Of a stretch of DNA of 64,000 bases, positions 1 through 7,881 are shown piece by piece. The notes beneath the pieces are model-generated. The model made no database searches. It was not told where the DNA came from and worked only from the letters and a program-made list of their open reading frames with translations. Position 1 is the stretch's first letter. Every line of letters starts with the position of its first letter. The translations under genes were made by a program, and so were the position numbers. The stretch is from an uncultured Francisellaceae bacterium (GTDB taxonomy: Bacteria; Pseudomonadota; Gammaproteobacteria; Francisellales; CACEW01): positions 40,652-104,651 of the forward strand of contig CAJQSL010000007.1 of NCBI GenBank assembly GCA_905612315.1, written 5' to 3'.

Positions 1-233
1 TTGTATTACAAAAGTGCTAAAAGCACTGAATCCTAATATTCTAGATAAAAATAAATTCAGCTGCTCATAAAGCCGCCTTTAATTTGCACTTCGTATTGTT
101 AGTATATACGAATATTTGTATTTATCCTGCGATAGCTATAAAAATATAACCTATGACAAAACTTCTATTTGCAAATCATTCTCATTTAGATTAACATCCT
201 CCTTATTAAAAATAAAAATAATCAGGAGTGGCA

Positions 234-1742
234 ATGTCTAACACCCAAGCTCACCAACCATGCCCCCCATGGAAAAAGCGTTTGATATACGCAGGTGCTA
301 CAATAGCCGCGACTGCTGGTACTTTAATAACTTGGCATAACAATACTCAAGAAGATCAACTAGACACACCAAGCTCACCTAATAAAGCTTTTCTTTCCCT
401 TTTGTACTCAGCAATAGCGCCCTGCTCTTGGTATGTGTTCTGTGCACTGGAGCTAACAGAAGATGAATGCCACTGCCACAAAAAGCCAAATAATCAAGCT
501 GATAATCAAGATCAAATTGGAAGTATTAATGATCCTGATATAGAGGACCCTCAAACTCAAACCACTGAAGCATCAAGTTCACAAAATTATTTCCAAAAAG
601 TAGCTAAATCCACGCTTTTAGAGGACCCTCAAACTCAAGCCACTCAAATAGCAAATTCACAAAATTATATCCAAAAAGTAGCTAAATCCACGCTTTTAGA
701 GGACCCTCAAACTCAAGCCACTGAAATATCAAGTTCACAAAATTATTTCCAAAAAGTAGCTAAATCCACGCTTTTAATAGGCCATGCAGGGTTTTTAATA
801 TCTGCAATTATAGCCCCCTTTATTTTATATCAAGATTTAGATAATTCTCTTAAGCAATCCCCTTTTAATTTAGATGAAAAATTAGGTAGCGCGAATTATA
901 TCAAAACCATATTTAATCATATTTTAATCGGCAGCTTAGGCATGATGAATTTTTTAGTTTACAATAACTTTGGATATAAAGATTTAAAAAGTCTCATAAC
1001 CAATAAACCAGATGATCAAAGTCAGGTTTTACCAAGTAAAATGCTCAAACAAATAAGCTTTTTATTATTACTTGGTGGCATCGCACCTGGAGTGATGTTA
1101 TCTGGATCTGCAATAAGCATGCAAGATTTATGCGTGATACTTTTCTTTGGCTGGCCTGAAATTCATCTGCATAGAGACCATTTGCCTTTAGTTGATAAAT
1201 TTTTAGCCTCTATAAACATATGCCGTCGTGAACCCTTAATAAACAATGATGACTTAGAATCTCAACTTAATGAAGCTCAAGATAATGCTTGGTTACAAGA
1301 TGCAGCTGATATTTTAGGAGATTCTAATGAAGATAAATCCCCTATTGCAAGTTTAGCTTTTTGTGGCAAAATTTTGTGCCTTCTTTATGGCCTAGCACAT
1401 GCATCAGATGATTTTTACGCTTTTACATCTCAAAGCATGCACCCAAATCTTGCGCAAAGCCCTATTTATCAAGGGACTTTACTATTTTTCTTAGGAGCTG
1501 GGGCTTTATTTGAAGTGTTAATAGGAGCACTCGAGCGCAGTGAGCAATTAGCTACAAATGATAAACCCGCGATTGAACCTCAGATTGCGCAACCGGCCCG
1601 AAATACCGCCCGTCGAAGGAATTTGCGACGTGCAATCCCAAGAGCAAATACTGCCCTAGCTTTAGATCCACGCAACCCTTTTGCCAGTAATGGGGTAGAT
1701 TACGCCCAATTGAATCCACTTTCGCAAGGGGCACAGATTTAA
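234..1742 (+). CDS. hypothetical polytopic membrane protein with three tandem 26-aa repeats
   Basis: Long ORF (track 228..1742). AGGAG at 223-227 followed by ATG at 234. Several long hydrophobic segments. In-frame 3 x 78-bp repeat at 543-776. No family recognised. The last ~63 codons overlap the convergent S26 peptidase gene. Confidence 0.6.
   Translation: MSNTQAHQPCPPWKKRLIYAGATIAATAGTLITWHNNTQEDQLDTPSSPNKAFLSLLYSAIAPCSWYVFCALELTEDECHCHKKPNNQADNQDQIGSINDPDIEDPQTQTTEASSSQNYFQKVAKSTLLEDPQTQATQIANSQNYIQKVAKSTLLEDPQTQATEISSSQNYFQKVAKSTLLIGHAGFLISAIIAPFILYQDLDNSLKQSPFNLDEKLGSANYIKTIFNHILIGSLGMMNFLVYNNFGYKDLKSLITNKPDDQSQVLPSKMLKQISFLLLLGGIAPGVMLSGSAISMQDLCVILFFGWPEIHLHRDHLPLVDKFLASINICRREPLINNDDLESQLNEAQDNAWLQDAADILGDSNEDKSPIASLAFCGKILCLLYGLAHASDDFYAFTSQSMHPNLAQSPIYQGTLLFFLGAGALFEVLIGALERSEQLATNDKPAIEPQIAQPARNTARRRNLRRAIPRANTALALDPRNPFASNGVDYAQLNPLSQGAQI
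543..776 (+). repeat. 3 x 78-bp in-frame tandem repeat
   Basis: Units start at 543, 621 and 699 ('gaggaccctcaaactcaa...aaagtagctaaatccacgctttta'). Each encodes 'EDPQTQ.T....SQNY.QKVAKSTLL'. The copies are near-identical at the DNA level. Confidence 0.95.
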
Positions 1743-2079
1743 CATTATTAATATATAAATAATTATTGATTTCACAAATCTTATCCCCAGATGTTGCATA
1801 TATTTGCTTTATAAGCGGGATTTTTTTTTGTTTATAATTTCTTTTTGCTAGAAAATTATCCCAATAAGAGTTTAATCTTATTAGAACTTTATCCCCTTTT
1901 TTTAAATTTTTATAATTTTTAATCGGCGCAAACCAATAATAACCTGGGGTTACGCTTTGAGAATATTGATAAATAAAGCCATAGCCTTTTAAATATAAAA
2001 TATAGGTTATAAGACTTAAAATAATTAAAAATGCTATCAATGATATAAAAATTCTTTGCATGTGTGATACAATATCCAA
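1552..2079 (-). CDS. S26-family signal peptidase, TraF/TrbI-like (small single-TM form)
   Basis: N-terminal TM helix. 'SQSVTPGYYW' matches the Ser-box position, 'KQIYATSGDKI' the Lys-box, and C-terminal 'SFDGRYFGPV' is the typical S26 'S.D.RYFG' box. Size (~170 aa) fits the TraF type rather than LepB. Start may be M7 (2061). Confidence 0.6.
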   Translation of the reverse strand: MDIVSHMQRIFISLIAFLIILSLITYILYLKGYGFIYQYSQSVTPGYYWFAPIKNYKNLKKGDKVLIRLNSYWDNFLAKRNYKQKKIPLIKQIYATSGDKICEINNYLYINNVKSVPLAKVDSIGRNLPHYWQKGCVDLKLGQYLLLGLHVANSFDGRYFGPVAQSEVQSRVYHL

Positions 2080-2120
2080 AATTTATGACAATGCATATCA
2101 AGTTATCGATTTTAAAAAAT

Positions 2121-2178
2121 CGATACGTGCTTCGCACGAGATTGCTTCGCAAGTTTGCTCGCAACGACTGCGACAGTC
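2121..2178. repeat. GC-rich intergenic repeat, family 1 (reverse orientation)
   Basis: '...gagattgcttcgcaagtttgctcgcaacgac...' is the reverse complement of the GTCGTTGCGAG...GCAATCTC core seen at 14151, 22691, 46011 and elsewhere. It is a GC island in AT-rich spacer. Confidence 0.7.
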
Positions 2179-2254
2179 AATTTAATTTAACATGTGTTTA
2201 CTTAACTTAATTTAAATTAAAGCAGATAAAACCTCAAATAATTAGTCAAAAAGT

Positions 2255-3952
2255 GTGCCAAATAATATGCAAAATACAAATCAAAACTCAAAAAGAAACA
2301 TCTTAGTAACCAATGCCTTAATCTACGCAAATGGCGATGTGCACTTGGGGCATTTAGTAGGTCATATTCAGGCGGATATTTGGGTAAGATTTCAGCGTAT
2401 GAATTCTCATAATGTAACATTTTTATGCGGAAGCGACTCCCACGGCACCCCCATTATGATTAAAGCGCAAAAATTAGGCATAACTCCCGAGCAGCTGGTG
2501 AAAGAAACCAGCGCGCGCCAGCACAAAGATTTTACTGATTTTGGGATTATTTATGATCATTATCATTCAACCCATGAGGATTTAAACAAAGAGCTAGTCT
2601 GTGATCTATATAACACTCTAAAATCCAAAAATCTATTCGAAACAAAAGATATAGAACAATTATATGATCCTAAAGATAACATGTTCTTACCTGATAGATT
2701 TGTAAAAGGCACCTGCCCTAAATGTAAAACTGAAGATCAATACGGGGATAACTGCGAGGCTTGTGGCGCAACTTACCAACCAACTGACCTAATCGACCCA
2801 CAATCAGCAACATCAGGTGCAACGCCTGTTTTAAAGACCACTGAGCACTTGTTTTTTAAATTGCCAGAATTACAAGATACCATAGAAAAATGGCTTAAAA
2901 ATGCCAATATCCACTCCTCTGTTAAACATAAATTAGCAGAATGGTTTGAAGATGGTTTAAAACAATGGGATGTGACGCGGGATGCGCCCTATTTTGGCTT
3001 TGAGCTTCCCGATAAACCCGGGAAATATTTCTATGTTTGGCTAGATGCACCAGTTGGATATATCGCAGCGAGCAAATCATATGAAAATTCTAATAAAAAC
3101 AATGATTTCTCCCATGATGCTTTTTGGAAGAATTTAGATAAAGATGCAAAAGATCATGAAATTATTCACTTTATTGGTAAAGATATCGTGTATTTTCATG
3201 CAATTTTTTGGCCGGCTTTATTATTAGCTGGAAATTATGCTACCCCGGATATGATTCATGTAAATGGTTTTTTAACTATAAATCATCAAAAGATGTCTAA
3301 ATCTCGCGGAACTTTTGTAAATGCTAGGGATTATTTAGATAATCTTGATCCTGCGTATTTAAGATATTATTTTGCAGCAAAATTATCTGAAGATGTGCAT
3401 GATATTGATTTAAGCGCAGATGATTTTATTCAGCGAGTTAATACAGATTTAGTTAATAAATATGTGAATATCGCATCAAGATCTGCAGGTTTTATTAAAA
3501 AACTATTTAACTTAAAATTATCCGCCAATTTATCGGATGAATCTTTAGAGCACATCAAATTTGGCCAAGATTTAGCCCCTAAAATTACTCAAAGTTATGA
3601 AAATAGATCTTTTTCAAGTGCTATGCGCGCGATTATGCAATTTGCAGATCATGCTAATCAGTATATAGATCAGCATCAACCATGGGTTTTAGCTAAATCT
3701 GAAGATGAAAGCGAGCGCGCCAAAGTACAAGAAATTTGCACTGTCGCCATAAACGATTTTAGATTAATGAGCATTTATCTAAAACCTGTTATCCCAAATA
3801 TTATCAGCAAAGTTGAAGCTTTCTTACAAGTTGATGCATTTGTGTGGGATGATTGTAAAAATTTATTACTCGATCATGAAATTGCAAAATTTAAACCTCT
3901 TTTGGGAAGAGTCGCAAGTGAGGATGTTGCGAATTTTTTGCAGGCTGAATAA
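2255..3952 (+). CDS. metG: methionine--tRNA ligase (short form, no C-terminal tRNA-binding domain)
   Basis: HIGH-type 'ANGDVHLGH', 'KMSKSRGT', and zinc knuckle 'CPKCKTEDQYGDNCEACG'. Start is GTG 2255 or ATG 2267. Confidence 0.95.
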   Translation: MPNNMQNTNQNSKRNILVTNALIYANGDVHLGHLVGHIQADIWVRFQRMNSHNVTFLCGSDSHGTPIMIKAQKLGITPEQLVKETSARQHKDFTDFGIIYDHYHSTHEDLNKELVCDLYNTLKSKNLFETKDIEQLYDPKDNMFLPDRFVKGTCPKCKTEDQYGDNCEACGATYQPTDLIDPQSATSGATPVLKTTEHLFFKLPELQDTIEKWLKNANIHSSVKHKLAEWFEDGLKQWDVTRDAPYFGFELPDKPGKYFYVWLDAPVGYIAASKSYENSNKNNDFSHDAFWKNLDKDAKDHEIIHFIGKDIVYFHAIFWPALLLAGNYATPDMIHVNGFLTINHQKMSKSRGTFVNARDYLDNLDPAYLRYYFAAKLSEDVHDIDLSADDFIQRVNTDLVNKYVNIASRSAGFIKKLFNLKLSANLSDESLEHIKFGQDLAPKITQSYENRSFSSAMRAIMQFADHANQYIDQHQPWVLAKSEDESERAKVQEICTVAINDFRLMSIYLKPVIPNIISKVEAFLQVDAFVWDDCKNLLLDHEIAKFKPLLGRVASEDVANFLQAE

Positions 3953-3996
3953 CTCAAATATTGAAAAAACTATTTCAAAATTGTCTGTACATTATT

Positions 3997-5760
3997 TTAA
4001 ACATACATGGTTCTCTGTGATTCTTCTACACTACTGTCCTCTCTTGCCAACATGCCCAAGAGAGCCAATGCCCCCCTAGGCTCTCCGCGTCTGTTAACCT
4101 GTGCATCTCCGGGTCTAGTCTCCGGAATCAACTTGTCTATCATATCAAAAATATAATATTCTTTTTTATATTGCTCATCCATACTCGAAAAGTACGCAGT
4201 TAGATTAGAAGGGATATTTAATCGCTTAAATAGATCTGACGCCCTTTGGTGGTCATAGTCTTCAATTTTATCTGGATTATTTATTAATTCTTCTATTTGC
4301 GCCTTAGCACCGGGACGTCGAGTAAAATTTTTATTACTTAATCCCATTTTTTCCTTTAAATCAGTTGACATCTTCATTCCTCGACGGGTCTTATGCTTAC
4401 CCCAGAACGGTACACTCTCAAAAAACTTCCTTTTAGCACACTTGGTATTCATAGATGCTTTATAAATGACCTGTGCAAGCCGGATCGGTAATACCAACAC
4501 TTGTACGAGCCCGCGCAGAAAATTAAACACCAGCCCTTCGCTGTGTTTAAAGCGTTTACACATATGTTTTGTAGCTCGCGAGTATAGCCAAACTTTTTCA
4601 GCTTCACTTTTAAAGTTCCCTTCTGAGTCAAAGTAACTTTTTTTTATTTCTGGTAGGAAATCATCTAAAAAATGCATGTATTGCTTTAGTGCGTCTAATC
4701 CCTTTATGGATTCTTTGGGAAAAGTTTTTAAATAATTTAATATTTTATTATATTCACTGCTCTCGCCAAAACCTTTACCTAAAGCGCCATCTATCTGCTT
4801 TTTAATTGCCGCTTCAGCGATTTGTTTGGTTCTAGAAAAGATTTCTTCGCGACTTTTATCAAATTCACTTTGCTTGCCATTACTACAACGGCTTATAATA
4901 AATTCCCAACCAATCCATAATTTAAACAATAAATATCCAGCTGGCAAAAACGGGGTTGCTAAAAGGAACAACAAGCCTCTCGGAAATAGGGCTCGCCGAT
5001 TCCGGTCGCGATCTTTAACAAAGTCAATCTTATCTAGGCTGAAATCTTTATTTAACTCGCCACCATCGTGTTCTTCCCTAATTAAACGACTGCTATTGCC
5101 CAAATGGCGATCCCGCTCAAACAAGCTAATAGAGCTGTTACACACACCATTCAATTTCTGCTGTTTGAAGAAAACCCATGTCAACCAGTTTCTTTCAAAA
5201 CGACACTTATCCCTAAACCCGGAATTTTTACTAAAAAATTCATATTTTATAATAACGTTTGTATTTTTAATTGCACTTAAGTCAATTGACTTTGCTCCAA
5301 AAACTTCGGGAACGGGGGAATCAATATAAAGCTTGACCTTGCCCGACAAAACACATTCCATTTTATTTGCAACTGCCGCTGCAAGAAAGCCACCTCGACT
5401 CTTTCCACGCAAGAGTAAAACATTAATTTTTGAACTGGACTCTGAACTGACACCCGGTAGTTCAACATAGCCGCTGTTAGTCTTTATAATACGCACTGAA
5501 TCACCAAACTCTTTAATAAGTAAACCTAAATCGCATATTCCATCTTTTAAACAACTTGCTATTCTCTGTGCAATATTATCAATACCGGGATTTACAACTT
5601 TAAGGGAATCTGCAGGCAATAGACCTAGAACGATATTTATTCCAGTCTTGCACAATTGCTTCTTTACACTGAAAACGCCATCTCCTATAGTACAGACGTC
5701 CCTCGCACTAATACCCGTAGGCAAAAATATAAAGTTACAATAAGTACCTCCGTTTGACAT
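3997..5760 (-). CDS. hypothetical membrane-associated protein with N-terminal serine-hydrolase-like (GxSxG) region
   Basis: 587-aa ORF with GAAGGAG RBS upstream of ATG 5760. 'VLLLRGKSRGGFLAAAVA' is a nucleophile-elbow-like G-K-S-R-G (Ser121, codon 5398-5400). Hydrophobic hairpin 'LLFLLATPFLPAGYLLFKLWIGWEFII'. Acidic/Ser-rich C-terminus. Confidence 0.55.
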   Translation of the reverse strand: MSNGGTYCNFIFLPTGISARDVCTIGDGVFSVKKQLCKTGINIVLGLLPADSLKVVNPGIDNIAQRIASCLKDGICDLGLLIKEFGDSVRIIKTNSGYVELPGVSSESSSKINVLLLRGKSRGGFLAAAVANKMECVLSGKVKLYIDSPVPEVFGAKSIDLSAIKNTNVIIKYEFFSKNSGFRDKCRFERNWLTWVFFKQQKLNGVCNSSISLFERDRHLGNSSRLIREEHDGGELNKDFSLDKIDFVKDRDRNRRALFPRGLLFLLATPFLPAGYLLFKLWIGWEFIISRCSNGKQSEFDKSREEIFSRTKQIAEAAIKKQIDGALGKGFGESSEYNKILNYLKTFPKESIKGLDALKQYMHFLDDFLPEIKKSYFDSEGNFKSEAEKVWLYSRATKHMCKRFKHSEGLVFNFLRGLVQVLVLPIRLAQVIYKASMNTKCAKRKFFESVPFWGKHKTRRGMKMSTDLKEKMGLSNKNFTRRPGAKAQIEELINNPDKIEDYDHQRASDLFKRLNIPSNLTAYFSSMDEQYKKEYYIFDMIDKLIPETRPGDAQVNRRGEPRGALALLGMLAREDSSVEESQRTMYV

Positions 5761-5785
5761 TTAAAAGCTCCTTCTAATCTACCTG

Positions 5786-5844
5786 AATTCAATTGTTATA
5801 ACCTTTAAATTATGGCATTTTTTATAGGTTATAACAATTGAATT
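5786..5844. repeat. perfect 18-bp inverted repeat with 23-nt spacer
   Basis: 'aattcaattgttataacc' (5786-5803) and 'ggttataacaattgaatt' (5827-5844). Lies between the gpmA stop (5866) and the start of the 587-aa gene (5760). Confidence 0.9.
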
Positions 5845-5865
5845 TAGAATTATTATATTATTCAA

Positions 5866-6552
5866 CTAGTTAGAGCAAAGAGTAAAAACCCCGTTTTCAT
5901 ACTCATAAACCCTAGGAACCCCCGTCGGAAGCTCAAGCGCTAAGACTTCATCCTTACTTAAGCCTTCAATTTCCATAACTATAGAGCGTAAAGAATTCCC
6001 GTGGGCTGCAACTAAAATGCTTTTGCCACTATCTAATACTGGGGTTATTTCATCTTTTAAATACGGAATAGTTCTTTTGGCAGTAAGCTCTAAGCTTTCG
6101 CCTTCAGGTGGCGGGACATCATAACTTCTACGCCAAATATGAACTTGCTCTTCGCCAAATTTTTCCCGGGCTTCATCTTTGTTAGCACCTTGTAATTCTC
6201 CATAATAACGCTCGTTTAAGTGCCAATCTGCGGTGACTGGGATGATATCAGCCAATGCTTTTTCTGAATGAATACTCGCCCACTCGGCCATTTTACCGGT
6301 TCTATGTTGTAAAATCGGGGTTTTACCTGAGCTATGCTGGCTCATCATTAACATCGCCGTTTGTTGTGCTCGCATTAATTCTGATACAAATATATGATTT
6401 ATTTCATAATTTGCAATTTGTTTGCCGGCAGCTAATGCTTCATCAATACCTTTAGGTGATAATGGCACATCAACCCAACCTGTAAATAAGTTTTTTTTGT
6501 TCCACATGGATTGGCCGTGGCGTACTAAGATCATAGTGGTTTTTTGAGTCAT
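5866..6552 (-). CDS. gpmA: 2,3-bisphosphoglycerate-dependent phosphoglycerate mutase
   Basis: 'LVRHGQSMWNKKNLFTGW' catalytic His motif. Length ~228 aa. AGGA lies 8 nt upstream of ATG 6552 (the ORF is open to 6561). Confidence 0.9.
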   Translation of the reverse strand: MTQKTTMILVRHGQSMWNKKNLFTGWVDVPLSPKGIDEALAAGKQIANYEINHIFVSELMRAQQTAMLMMSQHSSGKTPILQHRTGKMAEWASIHSEKALADIIPVTADWHLNERYYGELQGANKDEAREKFGEEQVHIWRRSYDVPPPEGESLELTAKRTIPYLKDEITPVLDSGKSILVAAHGNSLRSIVMEIEGLSKDEVLALELPTGVPRVYEYENGVFTLCSN

Positions 6553-6622
6553 AATTATCATCCTGTTATTAAATAAAGCTAAAGTATAAAGCTTTATTTA
6601 TCACAAAAAAAGCCTCAGAAAA

Positions 6623-6943
6623 CTAATGCAGCATGATTTTTATGCCACCTTCAGCTTTTCTTTTACCAACATGCTCATCCGCCCCACTCATCTCACCATG
6701 GGCTGAGTTTTGGCGCAAATACACCGCTTCTAACTCAAGAGGTGATAAATAATCTTTTATCTCCTCAATGCTTGCGAAATGCTTGGTGTTATTGAACATA
6801 TTGGTAAGTAAATCCATTCGCTCATGCTTATGCACTCCATGAGATATAATACGCAAAAGATAATTAGTACTTGTACCTCTAAATATCTCAACTTTTAAAT
6901 CATGATCTATATGCGCTAATGATTTTAATGTAGAGAATCTCAT
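6623..6943 (-). CDS. small conserved-looking hypothetical protein
   Basis: 106-aa ORF. The C-terminal 'RQNSAHGEMSG' resembles a '..QSAYDEM.G' motif I recall from small gammaproteobacterial proteins of unknown function. This is unverified. Confidence 0.45.
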   Translation of the reverse strand: MRFSTLKSLAHIDHDLKVEIFRGTSTNYLLRIISHGVHKHERMDLLTNMFNNTKHFASIEEIKDYLSPLELEAVYLRQNSAHGEMSGADEHVGKRKAEGGIKIMLH

Positions 6944-7011
6944 AATAGCCTCCTTGCTCTGAGCACATCCCTTTTTGTTAATTATAGCTTATATCTGCTA
7001 CAATTATTTAT

Positions 7012-7308
7012 ATGAACGATATTAAAAAATACAAATTTATTAAGAAGCTCAGCGAATTAGATTTTGTTGATGAAATCTATTTATATGGCTCTAGGGCTCG
7101 AGATGATGCTAACAGCAAGGCTGATATTGACTTAGCTATTGTTTGCCCAGGCGCTAATATTAAACAATGGCATATAATTTTAGATATTATAGAAAATGCT
7201 GATACCTTGCTTGAGATAGATTGTATAAGATATGAGCAAATAACAAACCAGCACTTAAAATCTAATATAGATAAGGATAAAAAGGTTATCTATGACAAAT
7301 TCAAATAA
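7012..7308 (+). CDS. mntA: minimal nucleotidyltransferase (MNT), antitoxin of an MNT-HEPN pair
   Basis: 'LYGSRARDDANSKADIDLAIV' is the G-S-x(n)-D-x-D pol-beta NTase motif. 98 aa. Overlaps the downstream HEPN gene by 17 nt. Confidence 0.8.
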   Translation: MNDIKKYKFIKKLSELDFVDEIYLYGSRARDDANSKADIDLAIVCPGANIKQWHIILDIIENADTLLEIDCIRYEQITNQHLKSNIDKDKKVIYDKFK

Positions 7309-7711
7309 CTTAAAAGAAAAATTTGCAATTCACCAAAAAGCACTTGATAGACTAGGAGAGGCTCTCGATATTAAAAAATCTGCAGCCATATCTCATGATA
7401 TTATAATGGACAGCTGCATTCAAAGGTTTGAATTTTGCTATGAACTATTATGGAAAGCTCTAAAAAAACTATTATCACAAAAAGAGGCAATTGAAGCTAA
7501 CTCTCCAAAACAAGTATTACGTGAGTCTTTTAAAATAGGCTGGATAGATCAAAAAGATGAAAACTCCTGGCTTGATATGCTTGAATCTCGCAATTTAACG
7601 AGTCATACCTATGAACAAACAACTGCTGATAAAGTTTATCAACAGTTACCTAAATATCATAAAATGATGTCTGATCTTAATCATAAATTAGTAAATTTAT
7701 ATACTTTATAG
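7292..7711 (+). CDS. hepT: HEPN-domain protein (nucleotidyltransferase substrate-binding, HI0074-like), toxin of an MNT-HEPN pair
   Basis: 'ESRNLTSHTY' is the R-x4-H HEPN motif. 139 aa. Translationally overlapped with the MNT gene. Confidence 0.8.
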   Translation: MTNSNNLKEKFAIHQKALDRLGEALDIKKSAAISHDIIMDSCIQRFEFCYELLWKALKKLLSQKEAIEANSPKQVLRESFKIGWIDQKDENSWLDMLESRNLTSHTYEQTTADKVYQQLPKYHKMMSDLNHKLVNLYTL

Positions 7712-7881
7712 CTAAATAACTAATAACCCCACCAGAACCATTACAAAAAAACTTAACGCTAGTTATTTGTTTTATTGCTTATATTTTTATTTAATTTGCA
7801 TAGCATTTTTAACCATGTTCAAATTTCCCAAAAGAAAATAATTTCTTTTTAATAATACTAATAATAAAAAAGGGAAATAAA

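Noticed and set aside
3813-4079. 88-aa plus-strand ORF spanning the metG 3' end and the 587-aa gene 3' end
   Set aside because: It is out of frame inside metG and then antisense to the neighbouring gene. There is no independent support.
4826-5329. 167-aa plus-strand ORF inside the 587-aa gene
   Set aside because: It is fully embedded antisense in a much longer ORF that has a strong RBS. Its composition (Leu/Ser/Asn/Lys-rich) is typical of an antisense reading of AT-rich coding DNA.
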